A stretch of DNA of 64,000 nt from Eledone cirrhosa (taxonomy: Eukaryota): positions 20,646,001 through 20,710,000 of the forward strand of contig OZ024751.1 of assembly GCA_964016885.1 (NCBI GenBank), read 5' to 3'. This document shows positions 29,481 through 44,348 of the stretch, piece after piece (the stretch's first letter is position 1; each line of letters begins with the position of its first letter). The translations under genes were made by a program, and so were the position numbers. Below the pieces are notes generated by a model, which had not been told where the DNA came from, searched no databases, and worked only from the letters and a program-made list of their open reading frames with translations.

Positions 29481-29893
29481 GGTATTGCTGGCCATAGGCA
29501 AGTCCCTAGCAGGACTAAAAAGCCAAGGTATTGCTGGCCATAGGCAAGTCCCTAGCAGGACTAAAAAGCCAAGGTATAGTTGGCCATAGGCAAGTCCCTA
29601 GCAGGACTAAAAAGCCAAGGTATTGCTGGCCATAGGCAAGTCCCTAGCAGGACTAAAAAGCCAAGGTATTGCTGGCCATAGGCAAGTCCCTAGCAGGACT
29701 AAAAAGCCAAGGTATAGTTGGCCATAGGCAAGTCCCTAGCAGGACTAAAAAGCCAAGGTATAGTTGGCTATAGGCAAGTCCCTAGCAGGACTAAAAAGCC
29801 AAGGTATTGCTGGCCATAGGCAAGTCCCTAGCAGGACTAAAAAGCCAAGGTATAGTTGGCTATAGGCCAGCAATACCTTGGTTTATAGTCCTG
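29481..29893. repeat. 46-bp minisatellite, 8 full units + partial, ending in an inverted unit fragment
   Basis: Unit GGTATTGCTGGCCATAGGCAAGTCCCTAGCAGGACTAAAAAGCCAA starts at 29481, 29527, 29573...29803, 29849. There are no spacers. Confidence 0.97.
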
Positions 29894-30632
29894 GCTTTAC
29901 CTTTAAAACGCCACGTCGACGTAAAAAGCTCATGTTGAGTGTCGAGGATGGCATTAATCGAAAGCCAGTTGAAGCCATCATATGTGTATGAATATAGTTC
30001 ATGTGAATGTGTATGTAAGTATGTATGTATGTATGCATGTCCTCGTATGTATGTATGTTTGTTTGTTTTCTCTTTCTCTTAATTTCGAGTATATTTTTTT
30101 GACCGGCCACCTTCCTGGTGGCAAGGTTGTAAAAGAAAAGAAATTGTCATCCCTTGAATCGCAAGAATGTTTTGAAAATTTTGAATTTATGTATGTATAT
30201 GTATATGTATGTATGTGTTTATGTATGTATGTATACATATATACGTGTGTGTATGTATGTATATATGTATGTATATATGTATGTAAGTACGTATGTATAT
30301 GTGTGAGTATATATGTGTATATGTTCATATATGTGTAAGCATATACATTCATATATTGTGTGTCTACGTGTGTGCATACATATATTGTCAGTGTAGTTAG
30401 CGGCGGATAAAAATCGGTATTTGTTTCCTTTCACTATGCTCTGAGCAGCTTTGTTGTTCATCCCTTCAGGGTCGATAAGTAAAGTACAAACTCTCTCTAA
30501 AAGTGCTAGCAACCTCTTCTCATAGAAACTTTTCTTAGACGATACGACGCGCACTATGTCACACGACGGCCTAATAATAATAATAATAGTTGGTTTTATT
30601 ACACACAAACACACTTATATATATCTGTAGAT

Positions 30633-30695
<63 letters not shown>

Positions 30696-30742
30696 TGTGT
30701 GTATATAAATGCGTGTAGTTGTCTGTGTATGAGATTGTGTGC

Positions 30743-30785
<43 letters not shown>

Positions 30786-30826
30786 TACATTTATTATTTA
30801 TTATTATTACTATACATATATACATA

Positions 30827-30961
<135 letters not shown>

Positions 30962-31497
30962 TTGCACAAAGACTGCTGTAGAGAGAGATAGAGAGAAATA
31001 GGGAGGGTTGGGTAGATTTTGCTCTCAAATGCCCGATCTCTTAATTTTTTATCTTTCGTGCATAATTAGCGGTGACTATGAATAAGTTAATTAGACTGAT
31101 TGAATTCAGTGAAGGGAGGGGAATGGATGGATGGATGAGGGTGTGGTGGGATGTCTGTTGTGGTGTTTATGTATTTGTCTACAACCCCTCACCCCCACAC
31201 AACTTCCTCATCCCACACCCCCATCCCACTCTCCCGAACTTCCTTAAATTTATTTACTTCTTGACTAATTTAAAATTATAATATTTTCCGTTGCCATCAT
31301 CACACACTTTGATAAAAATGTTTCGTTAACAATGACAACAACAAGAACAACATCAACAAAAATGACGACGACGACGACAACAACAACAATGACGGTGACG
31401 ATGACAATGATGACGAAGATGGTGGCGATGGTGATGATGACAATGACTAACAGTGGTGGTGGTGGTGTTGGTGGTATCGCTGTTAACAACCAATAAA

Positions 31498-31535
<38 letters not shown>

Positions 31536-31538
<3 letters not shown>

Positions 31539-31710
31539 ATAGCATGTATTTCATTTTCTTATAGCATTTTAAGAAGGTCCGCCGAGCTGCGGATTATTGA
31601 GTCGGGTAGAATCGATATAGATCGAACCTTGAGCTGATCAGTGGCGAAACGCGCGTCACCTATCAATAAATGCAATGAAGGAATAATCAATCGTCCTTTT
31701 TATCCTTTCT
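31536..31710 (+). mobile_element. PLE-end island with degenerate HHR
   Basis: GAAAC-GCGC-GTC at 31646-31657, then AATAAA. The CUGANGA box is not intact. Confidence 0.6.
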
Positions 31711-32145
31711 CTCTCTATATATATATATAAATGTACACACACACACATACACACAGACAAATATATATATATATATATAAATGTACACACACACACATAC
31801 ACACACACAAATATATATATATACATATATATATATGTATGTATGTATTGTTAGTATTGTTTTGGGAAAGCATTTAAAATATATGTTAAAATTAAATGAG
31901 TGTAAACCACAGCATAGTAGTGCAAAAGAAAAAAATCTACACCACCATCACACACCATTTTCTATCTTATGAAATATTATGAGATAGAAATTAAAAGGGC
32001 AAACTGAGGTTTTGTTTATCAAACTTTACTTTTGGGTTTTAGTGTTTCAATACGTCTAACTTCCTTCGTACCGGCTTTCACTCAGACAAACTTAACCAGA
32101 TACCTAACGCTGCTTCATTCATATATGTGTTGTGAGTGTGTATAA

Positions 32146-32191
<46 letters not shown>

Positions 32192-32249
32192 TTTTACTCT
32201 TTTACCTGTTCAAGCCATCCGGCTGAGGACATGCTGGGGCATTGTCCTT

Positions 32250-32881
<632 letters not shown>

Positions 32882-32892
32882 ATGTGTGTGTA

Positions 32893-32924
<32 letters not shown>

Positions 32925-33770
32925 TGTGTAGTGCTAGCTGTAATGTAAAACTCTTTGTACCGGGTTTCCTTCAGACGATCTTAACGACATACATAACGAT
33001 TCATCATATTTATGTTGTGAGTGTATGTTAGTGAGCGTGTATACATATATATGTATACACATATATATGTATACATATATATATGTGTACATATATATAT
33101 GTGTACAGACACACACACACATATATATATATATGTATATATGGAGATATATAAATATATATACATATATACATATATATATGTATGTGTATATATATGT
33201 ATGTGTGTGTGGTGTATATATATATATAAATAAATATATATATACATATATATAATTGTGTCTCTGTGTGTGTGTAGGTATACAAATTGTGAAAATGTCA
33301 GGAGTTGGTTGTTTATTTTTCTATTCTATTGAAATGCATGTCAATCAAAGGAACGATATTACATCTTAAGCACACACACACACATATGCTCATACATATA
33401 CACATACACACATATACATCTACACACATATACACATACACGCATATACACCTACACACATATACACCTACACACATACACACATATACACCTACATACA
33501 CATACACACATACACACATATACACCTACAAACATATACACATACACACATATACACCTACACACATACACACACACACACATATGCTCATACATATACA
33601 CATACACACGTATACACCTGCACACAAACAGATACACAGACGTAGAACGACATCCATATAACACACATAGACACGTCAATCTGTCACACCACTTGTATTT
33701 TTATTGATTCGCTTTCAATACTCAGCTTCTACAGATGAAAGACAGCAGAAAATATGAATTATATATACAT

Positions 33771-33803
<33 letters not shown>

Positions 33804-33960
33804 CATATATTTTATGAATATATAGGTGTATATATATATAGAAATGCAAACATACATCTACACACATGAACATGTACCTATATATAAATAGATAGATAGA
33901 TAGATAGAAATAGATGCGTATATATATATATATGTGTGTGTGTGCGTATATATATATAGA

Positions 33961-33994
<34 letters not shown>

Positions 33995-34153
33995 AGAGCA
34001 TGTATACATAAGTTTTACATTCATATATTTATATATAACGCCATCACACTCTCAAAATGAAATCCAACGTAGGTTAGCTGTATGTAAATGTAATTCCATC
34101 CGTCACCAACTAGAAGAGGCCATTCACACATAGTGTGTGTGCATGTGTGTGTA

Positions 34154-34206
<53 letters not shown>

Positions 34207-34497
34207 GTGAAAGTTATTCAAGATTTCATATATACAGCAAACTAAGGAGGTAGCTTTGTTGTTTTCTGGGGAAGATTTAATTTAGATGGCAAGGTTATTG
34301 AGTAAGATGGAAGGCAAACCACCAATTCACGTTTTTATCCACCTTTTTCTTCCCCACCTCCGTTTTATGTATCATTTTTATACGAATTTCTCTTTCTCTC
34401 TCACTTTCTCCTCTCTGTCTGTACACACACACACACACACACACACTCACACACTCACACTCACACAAACAGACACACTCACACAAACACACACAAT

Positions 34498-34531
<34 letters not shown>

Positions 34532-34604
34532 AATATATATCTATATATACATACATATGTACAATATGTATGTGACAGTGGGGTGTTTATTTATATATGT
34601 AGAA

Positions 34605-34661
<57 letters not shown>

Positions 34662-35104
34662 CGTGTGTGTGTGTGTGCGTGCGTGTGTGTGTGTGTGTGC
34701 GTGTGTGTGTGTGTGTGTGCGTGTGCGGGTGGAGTATATACGTTTGTTTTCATTGAAACATTTGTTAGCTGCATACCTTTCCTGCTGTTAACCACTCAGC
34801 TGTGAAGTAAGAGGTAAAATAATGTTTGGCAGTCTTAAGACAATTAGAGTCAAGAAGAGTTGTGTGCCCTTGCTCAGTGCCACAACACACCATTCAAAAA
34901 GGGTTCAATGACTTGTCTATTTAGTCAGAATTGTCAGAGACCTTCAAACCTTAGAGCAGGGCAAAAAAGGGTCTGTAAAATAATCTCTGCATGCTTTCCT
35001 CGAAAGGAACTATTTTAATAACCGTATTTTCTAAATCCGTGGGTGCACAATTTAAAATTAATGGGGTAGTGGTCGGTGTGAGTGTGGCAGTGCCAGCCAT
35101 CAAA

Positions 35105-35287
35105 TACCATTCCAGTACCAACCTGTACCACCCAGTATTATCCAGTACCATCTCAGTACCACCCAATACCATCTAGTGTAACCCAGTGTCAACCAGTGTT
35201 ATCTAGTACCATCTAGAAACATCCAATGCCACCCAGTGCCACCCAGTGCCACCCAGTTCCACCTAGTGTCAATCAGTAACACCCATT
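35105..35287. repeat. Degenerate 10-bp tandem repeat (ACCCAGTGCC-like)
   Basis: About 18 in-phase decamers. Confidence 0.85.
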
Positions 35288-35450
35288 ATAATGGAGTGTT
35301 CCACTATTATGCGCAAAGCTCAATGCATAATTAAGGTCGACGGTAAGCAGAAATCAAAGCCTCATCAAAGAAACAATTGTTGATATTAAAGATACAATTT
35401 GGATTAGCAAGGTTGGTCTCATTCTGAAGTATATATAATATATATATATA

Positions 35451-35913
<463 letters not shown>

Positions 35914-35971
35914 AAGTGAAACGACAAGAGGCGAAATATGTTGAATTTCCTTAATTTTTTTTATCTGCAAA

Positions 35972-36027
35972 CACTATGTACATTTCAGTGGCCAGGTTGC
36001 GTAAGAGCCCGGTGACCTCATCAGGTG
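35972..36027 (-). ncRNA. Minimal type I hammerhead motif in PLE-end island (35911-36172)
   Basis: Minus: CAC-CTGATGA-GGTCACCGGG...CCTGGCCACT-GAAAT-GTAC-ATA^GTG. Palindromic GTAC loop. Confidence 0.82.
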
Positions 36028-36206
36028 AACATTGCGTAATAGATGTATACCAACGGAATGATGGTAGATCTTAAGGAAAGAAGCAAAGAAAAAACAGAGA
36101 GGAAAAGTGTGTGTTTATATTTTTGACCCAGAGACGGAAGAAGTAGCATGGTGTTACCTTGCTCGCCCGTCTATACATACACACACACACACACATATAT
36201 ATATAT

Positions 36207-36248
<42 letters not shown>

Positions 36249-36300
36249 CAGTTAGGGGGAAGGTAGTGGTCAATACCCTTTTCAAGGGTATATACATAAT

Positions 36301-36600
36301 AGAAGCAGATGGCATAGTGGTTAGGGTGCTGGGCTCACGATCGTGATGTCGTGAGTTCGATTCTTGGATTAGGCGACAGTTTATTTCAAATGGCTTCAGT
36401 TCATTGAGCTGGTAAATATGAGTTGCGTGTATTTCAATGAGGGGCCAGCTTTTTCCTATATTGAGTCACGCTTTATCTCCCCGAAAAGTACGTTAAAGGT
36501 ACACGTGTCTGTGGAATACTCAGTCACTTACATGTCAATTTCACGAACAAGCAGTCCTGTTGATTGAATCAACTGGATCACACGATGTCGGAAATGAAGA
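36301..36600 (+). mobile_element. tRNA-derived SINE family 2, diverged
   Basis: TGGCATAGTGGTTAGG A box, GAGTTCGATTC B box. Confidence 0.75.
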
Positions 36601-36906
36601 AAGTTCAAGAACATGTATATATATATATATTGTTATACGTTGGGAGGGTCATGTTGCCAATAAGAAACACACGCACCAGTTGCTTTCACTTCAGTTTATT
36701 ATATATTTATAAATTTACAAGTTTATAAATTTATAAATTTCTGGTTGGTTGGTTGGTTCCACAACCAGATAGTTGTTTATATATAGTCATAGTCCTTTCG
36801 TCACACACTCTGTGACCTCTTCAGTGACTGGGGATTCCTTTCTTTGTTTCTGTGCCTCTCCTTTGTTCTGTCCTACGCCATTTTGTTTCTGTGTGTGTGT
36901 TGTGCT

Positions 36907-37233
36907 AGAAATGTAGTGTATAGCATAAGATGTACTGAAGGACAATGTAGAGACAAAAATATAGTGTACATAGGTGAGACAGCTCGTAGTATAGGGGAAC
37001 GGATAAATGAACACTGGCGAGACCTTCAAGATAATAAAGAATCATCTGTACTCTACCAACATTCTAAAATAGAACATAAGGGTAAATTAGAGAACATAGA
37101 AATAAAAATAGAATCTACACACAGAAAAGATGCAATGTTTAGACAAATTACAGAGGCAGTAAACATAAAAGAATTACAACCAAAATTAAATAGAAAATAT
37201 GAGTGGAACAGCAACATCACAACTTACAATTAA
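36907..37233 (+). pseudogene. C-terminal GIY-YIG endonuclease domain of a PLE ORF (5'-truncated, frame open)
   Basis: RNVVYSIRCTEGQCRDKNIVYIGETARSIGERINEH...LYQHSKIEH...RQITEAVNI...LNRK: VVY/YIG motifs, catalytic R, E and N, and the CCHH pattern typical of PLE endonucleases. Confidence 0.93.
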
Positions 37234-37445
37234 GGACAAAGTGAAAACACACACACACATAGAACAAACAACCAACCAGTAACATGTAAATAAATAAATA
37301 AATAAACAAATAGATAAATGAACATAAACACACACAGACACCCGGATGTGGCGCATGCGCAGACTGAGCACACAACACACACACAGAAACAAAATGGCGT
37401 AGGACAGAACAAAGGAGGGGCACAGAAACAAAGAAAGGAATCCCC

Positions 37446-37488
37446 AGTCACTGAAGAGGTCACAGTGTGTGACGAAAGGACTATGACT
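37446..37488 (+). ncRNA. Minimal type I hammerhead motif in the pseudo-LTR (mirror copy on minus at ~36785-36829)
   Basis: AGTCA-CTGAAGA-G[GTCACA-GTG-TGTGAC]-GAAAG-GA-CTA^TGACT. Perfect 5-bp helix I and 6-bp helix II. Confidence 0.88.
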
Positions 37489-37740
37489 ATATATAAACAA
37501 CTATCTGGTTGTGGAACCAACCAACCAGAAATTTATAAATTTATAAACTTGTAAATTTATAAATATATAATAAACTGAAGTGAAAGCAACTGGTGCGTGT
37601 GTTTCTTATTGGCAACATGACCCTCCCAAAGTATAACAATATCGGTTTCAACACACGATTTCAGATAAAGAATCTTGCTAAACAAATTCAGAAACGAAAT
37701 ATATATATATATATATATATATCAAAAGACTCTTTTAACA

Positions 37741-37774
<34 letters not shown>

Positions 37775-37810
37775 ATCCATGTGCTACCAGCAGTATTTTT
37801 CTCCCCATTT

Positions 37811-37864
<54 letters not shown>

Positions 37865-38044
37865 GTGAGGTTTTTTTTTAAAAAATGAAAAATAACTGAG
37901 TGAAAGTATAGAGAGAAAAAGATGAAATCGAAAATGCAACTGGAGTCTTATTTTTAAAAATATATATATATTTATTTGGTTCCTTTACCGATTTCGCAGT
38001 TCTTCTGCTTTTAAGATGGAGGGTCTGTGGTTTTTCTCACATCT

Positions 38045-38127
<83 letters not shown>

Positions 38128-38141
38128 AGACTCTCTTAACA

Positions 38142-38177
<36 letters not shown>

Positions 38178-38183
<6 letters not shown>

Positions 38184-38627
38184 ATTAAATAAATGGAAAC
38201 TATATTTATAAAACCATATTTATTTCATTATATATATTTCGGGGATATCATATTAACAATATGCTATGCCTTCATCAGACAAAATACAATATAAACAGTT
38301 TTATAGATAAATAGATTCGACATACCGTAACAACACCGACTTGCATTTGAAGAGGCCAGTTCAACCTCTTCAAATGCAAGTCGGTGTTGTTACGGTATGT
38401 CGAATCTATTTATCTATAAAACTGTTTATATTGTATTTTGTCTGAGGAAGGCATAGCATATTGTTAATATGATATCCCCGAAATATATATAATGAAATAA
38501 ATATGGTTTTATAAATATAGTTTCCATTTATTTAATATTGTAAATATACTCCAAATATTTGTCGAGTGCTTTTATATCAGTTATAAATATTTACTAGTTG
38601 TAACCCAACAATTTTAAATATAACTTT

Positions 38628-38630
<3 letters not shown>
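38178..38630 (+). mobile_element. PLE-end family G: 178-bp inverted arms + tail
   Basis: Arms 38178-38355 and 38365-38542 (one difference seen, CTGATGA vs CTGAGGA). Tail 38543-38630. Confidence 0.88.
38434..38499 (+). ncRNA. Minimal type I hammerhead motif (mirror copy in left arm)
   Basis: TATTTTGT-CTGAGGA-helix II-GAAAT-ATAT-ATA^ATGAAATA. Confidence 0.82.
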
Positions 38631-38695
<65 letters not shown>

Positions 38696-38711
38696 AAAGA
38701 CTCTCTTAACA

Positions 38712-38753
<42 letters not shown>

Positions 38754-38754
<1 letters not shown>

Positions 38755-38943
38755 ACGAAGGAAATGTGGTAAGGAATCAGGTGGACCATAACGCACCAAA
38801 GTACTCAATACTTAGGGTAGTAGAGTGGGTAATAGGAACGAGTAGGACCCCCGACGGCTGAGCTCAAGCCGTTTCAACGGCTAATTCTGGACTGAATTAG
38901 CCGTCGAAACGGTTTGAGCTCAGCCGTCGGGGTCCTACTCGTT

Positions 38944-38947
<4 letters not shown>
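38754..38947 (-). mobile_element. PLE-end family A copy
   Basis: Nearly identical to 32354-32556 with a shorter turn. Confidence 0.87.
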
Positions 38948-38974
<27 letters not shown>

Positions 38975-38977
<3 letters not shown>

Positions 38978-39101
38978 TATTTTATAGAAGGAGCTTCTAC
39001 AGGACTAGTACTGTTTCATTCATAAAATAAAAAAATTTTACTCTGCCATGTATTGAGTACCTTACTTACTGTGGTTATCCCCGACTCAACCCGGGACCTA
39101 C

Positions 39102-39104
<3 letters not shown>
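38975..39104 (+). mobile_element. PLE-end family F copy (left arm + tail, right arm mostly deleted)
   Basis: GCTTCTACAGGACTAG..CTGTTTCATTC and tail match 25203 and 47243. Confidence 0.75.
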
Positions 39105-39160
<56 letters not shown>

Positions 39161-39455
39161 TATTAAGAGAGTCTTTTGATCTAACCAGCTTTGTACTTTA
39201 TTCGTCTCTTATTTCATTGACTGGGGAAGCTTCCTGTTATATGACAACACAATAGAGTGTACAATAGATGACGAATCTCTCCACACCCAAAATAGAACCG
39301 AAATCATTCGACCTCCCACACACAATCACCTGCCCATTACCAACCTGCTAGTTGTCATCTTCAACAGTGCCCACTACATACAAATAAAGGAGAAACCGCT
39401 CCTTACATGTCCTTAGCTTCTTTTATTCAAACGTCATTCACATACCGCCTGAAAT

Positions 39456-39911
39456 AATTGTTTCTTATATAGGCACAAATCCAGCTTAAGGGGAGGCGAA
39501 AGTCGTCTAAATCGACCCCAGTGCATGACTGGTACTTCATTTTATCGACCCCCGTAAGGAGGAAAAGCAAAGCTAACCTCGGCAGGATTTGAACTCAAAA
39601 CGTAAAGGGCTTCACTCCATGCTGCAATGCATGGTGTCTGAGGCTCTACCGATACTGCAACACCACCGCCCTCATACACCCTAAAATAATAATTTCTCGT
39701 ATAGGCACAAGGCCAGTAATTTGGAGAGGGGGGGGGGGAAGTCGACTAAATCGACACCAGTACGTTACTGGTACTTTATTTTATCGACCCCGTAAGGATG
39801 AAAGGCAAAGCTAACCTCGGCGGGATTTGAACTCAGAACGTAAAGGGCCACGTCGCTATGCTGCAATGCATGATGTATGACGCTCTACCGATACTGCCAA
39901 AACGCCGCCCT
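39456..39911 (-). mobile_element. Two tandem SINE family 1 copies (39456-39672, 39690-39911)
   Basis: Reverse complements of family 1. Both are followed by a similar CCTCRTACA-CCTAAAATAA spacer. Confidence 0.9.
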
Positions 39912-40293
39912 CGTACAGCCTAAAATAAAAACAAATAAAAAATACCACTTTACTTCGGATCACGATTGCGTCGGAACTCGACCGATCACTTCTTTATCAT
40001 GCCGGTCGTTGTCAAAACATATGCCGCCCTCAATGCTTGAACTGCAGTTTTCCTCTACAAAATTGTTAGGGGTGCATTCGGTACGAAGAAGAAGCCATTT
40101 GAAATTGTGCAGTTGATGCTGGCTGTTTTCCGCAACAAAAAAACACAAACTTCGCTATTTAGCCCGCGTTGCGCAGTTGAGGTATATTGCCTTAATATAG
40201 AGATGTAGAATCTATGGTGAAGACTCTAGCACTTCCTGGTGAGTTCGTGTGTGATTGTTAGTTTGTGTGAGATTGTGCGTGTGTGTATAATTG

Positions 40294-40324
<31 letters not shown>

Positions 40325-40449
40325 ATTCATTTATTTATGCGTGTCTGCATCTGTGCATCTGTGTTGGTGTGTACGTGTATGTGCATGCATATGTATATGT
40401 GCATGTATGTATGTATAGATGTATATATGTACGTATATATGTATGAATG

Positions 40450-40488
<39 letters not shown>

Positions 40489-40493
40489 ACGTA

Positions 40494-40589
<96 letters not shown>

Positions 40590-40605
40590 TGTATGTATAT
40601 ATATT

Positions 40606-40642
<37 letters not shown>

Positions 40643-40786
40643 GTGTGTGTGTGTGTATGCATATATATGTATGCATGTATGTATGTATGTATGTATGTAT
40701 GTATGTATGTATGTATGTATATATTCACACAGTGGTGTACAAATGTAATAGCAAATTTACAGGAAAGCCTCCTCATATACCCTCAT

Positions 40787-40837
<51 letters not shown>

Positions 40838-40930
40838 GTAACACTAATGACTGTCTTCCGAAGCTGACAAAATTCATGCAAATTATGTTTGTGTGTATAT
40901 GTATGGATATATATTCATGAACATGTATAT

Positions 40931-41100
<170 letters not shown>

Positions 41101-41365
41101 CTGAATTGCAACAAATTAACAAGCCCAACAGTCGTAAAGTAATCACAATTGAGTCTAATTCAATTTGATGAATTTTCTAAGTTATGTGACATATTTCAGA
41201 TAATGGCGAAGTTTCTTAAGTGCAGTCACTTAACATCTTATTCCTTACATCCTTTTTAGTGCACACATACACATATATACCTATATACATATATATATAG
41301 AGAGAGAATCACACATGCACACGCACCCGCACGCAAATATATATATATATATACACATATATATT

Positions 41366-41430
<65 letters not shown>

Positions 41431-41572
41431 GTATATATGTGTATGTATATATACACATATATATATGTATGTATATATGTGTATGTATATATACATATAT
41501 ATATGTATATGTTTGTATATATATATATATATACATACATATATATACAGAAGTATATATATAATACATATA

Positions 41573-41603
<31 letters not shown>

Positions 41604-41604
41604 G

Positions 41605-41670
<66 letters not shown>

Positions 41671-41984
41671 ATGTATATATAGGTTATTAGGACAATTGCT
41701 TCAAAATTGCTGTTACCAAATTACTAGGTCTGCATTGGACTATATTCATCTTCTCTCACCTCCACTCATCACCAACCCCTCTCTCAGCTCATTACACCCC
41801 TCTCACCCCATCCCCGCACTCTCTGTACAACTCTACTGCTATTTACTTACCAACCTTCTCAATTTTTCTTCAACTTCTCAAACCAGTTAAATTTAGATGA
41901 CAAAAAGTAAAAGAAAAAAATATGTTGTTTCTCCTTCATTTAAAGCGTATATTTCATGAGATTGTGAGTGAATGCTGGTTTGTC

Positions 41985-42660
41985 AGTTTGTCTGTCTGTC
42001 TGCCTGCCTGCTGGCTGGCTGGCTGGGTGGCTGGCTGGCTGGTTGGCTAAATGACTGACAGACTGGCTGGCTGGCTGGTTGGTAGGCTGGTTGGCTGGTT
42101 TGTGGGCTGGTTGGTAGGCTGGCTAGTTGGCTATTTGGCTGACTGAATGATTTCCTAGTTGGTTGCTTGGCTTGTTACCTTGTTAGTTAGAAGGCTAGCT
42201 GGATGTTTGGTTGGATGTCTGATTAGGGGTTTGGCTGGCTGGCTGGCTGGCTGGTTGGTTGGTTTTTAAGTGGGTGGCTGAATGGTTGGCTGAATGGTTG
42301 ACTGACTGGCTGGCTGGTTTGCTGAATGGTTGGTTGGCTGGTTGCTGACTGGCTGTTTAGCTGACTGGTATGGCTGAATGGCTGGTTGGCTGGTGTTCCT
42401 AGTTTGTTACTTGGATTGTCACCTGCCAAGTTGGATGGCTGACAGAATTGTTCGATGGTTGACTGGATGGTTGGACTGTCACCTGGCTAGTTGGATGGTT
42501 GACAAGGTGGATGGATGGTTGACAGGATGGTTGGATGGTTAACAGGATGGTTGGATGGTTGACATGAGGGTTGGATGGTTGACAGGATGGTTGGATGGTA
42601 CACAGGATGGTTAGTTGACGAGTTAATTGATTGATTGGATGGTTGGCAGGCTGGTTTCCT
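41985..42660. repeat. Degenerate (GGCT/GGTT/GGAT)n array including ~20-bp units
   Basis: Direct reading. A complementary (CCAA/CCAG)n array lies at 45372-46200. Confidence 0.9.
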
Positions 42661-42837
42661 AGTTAAATATCTGGCTTTTTACCTAGCGAGTCGACTGATT
42701 GTTTATATGTGTGTATATATGTATGATATGGTATGGTATGGTGGGTATGTATGTATGTATGTATGTATGTATGTATGTATGTATGTATGTATGTATGTAT
42801 GTATGTATGTATGTATGTATGTATGTATGTATGTCAG

Positions 42838-43390
42838 GTCACCAGTTGCTACTGGTAACATGTATGCCAGTACAACCTGTCCCATGGTCGGGATTCGTTG
42901 GCGACTAAATTGGCAACCCCACCAAGGTTTCTTGGTGAGGACGGTGACTTTGGACATCCTGCAGGACTAAACACAAAACCTGTCAAAAGACAAAGGAGAT
43001 CTTAAGAGTTAATGGTTATCCAAAATCACCGGGAGAGATCACCCCTTAGCCTTCGTCATGGTATTCAATGATGTTGACTTGTTCTTCTTTTTGGTAAATA
43101 TCATCTTGGTTAAGAGAGTGGGACTGGCTTTGTGCAGTGCCATTGCTCACTATAAAAGCTTCATGGCACAGGCATTGCTTTATATCTGGAGATCTCTCTG
43201 CACTTGTCGTCACATGGTACCATGGGCCCAGCACTATGTGTCAATAATTGTCACAAGTGTAGTGTTTGTACCAGAGTTTTCAAGTCGCTGGCTGGACTAA
43301 AAAGTCACACTCGTTCAGCGCATCGGTAGGGGTTCTCCTACATGGTTATAAAGTAGTGGCCGTACTCGAAAACGAGTTGGCAGCCACCAT
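42838..43390 (+). mobile_element. RTE-derived non-autonomous element, copy 2 (internal ~55-bp deletion), within (ATGT)n
   Basis: Same ends and zinc-finger remnant as 5877-6480. Confidence 0.82.
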
Positions 43391-43568
43391 GTATGTATGT
43401 ATGTATGTATGTATGTATGTATGTATGTATGTATGTATGTATGTATGTATGTATGTGCATGTGCGTGTTAATATATTTACGTGTGTGCACGTCAGTTTAA
43501 CAAAAATATATGATCCATTAACTACTTTAAACATAACACGTACAAGCATCAGCTTTTGTGTGGGTGTT

Positions 43569-43624
<56 letters not shown>

Positions 43625-43859
43625 TACACACACACACTCTGAATTCTGTAACGACGACGATGATAAAAACACGTACACATACATACACATATATAGCGAC
43701 ACATACGTATAATGTGTGGGTGTGTATATATATATTTATATATATATATATATGAAACTGAGATGTTCTCAGTGAATCTCCAACTTCGAAGGAGAAAATG
43801 TATCATTAATCAACAGATTTGTAATAATCGACAATTGGCAACCAGGAGAAAGAGAGAGT

Positions 43860-44110
<251 letters not shown>

Positions 44111-44315
44111 AGAAAGAAAGAGAGTGAATGTGTGAGAGGGAGAAATCTAGGTGTTAATAATGATTTTGTTTCATATTAAAACTGCAATATTAAACTAACT
44201 ATTATACAACCTTGATGAAGAAAGAATAAAAATAAAACAAAGCGCAACAAACAAGCAAATAAACAACAAGAAAAACATGACAAACCCACAATAGAAACAG
44301 CAGCAGCAGCAGAAA

Positions 44316-44348
<33 letters not shown>

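Larger units (their letters stand above)
36627..37700 (+). mobile_element. 5'-truncated Penelope-like element (family B) with inverted pseudo-LTR arms and 3' tail
   Basis: ~276-bp inverted arms (36627-36906 and 37367-37642) enclose a GIY-YIG coding remnant. Tail 37643-37700. (TA)n on both sides. Confidence 0.93.

Noticed and set aside
29481-29866. CRISPR-like appearance of the 46-bp repeats
   Set aside because: Units are contiguous with no unique spacers, there are no cas genes, and the context is eukaryotic.
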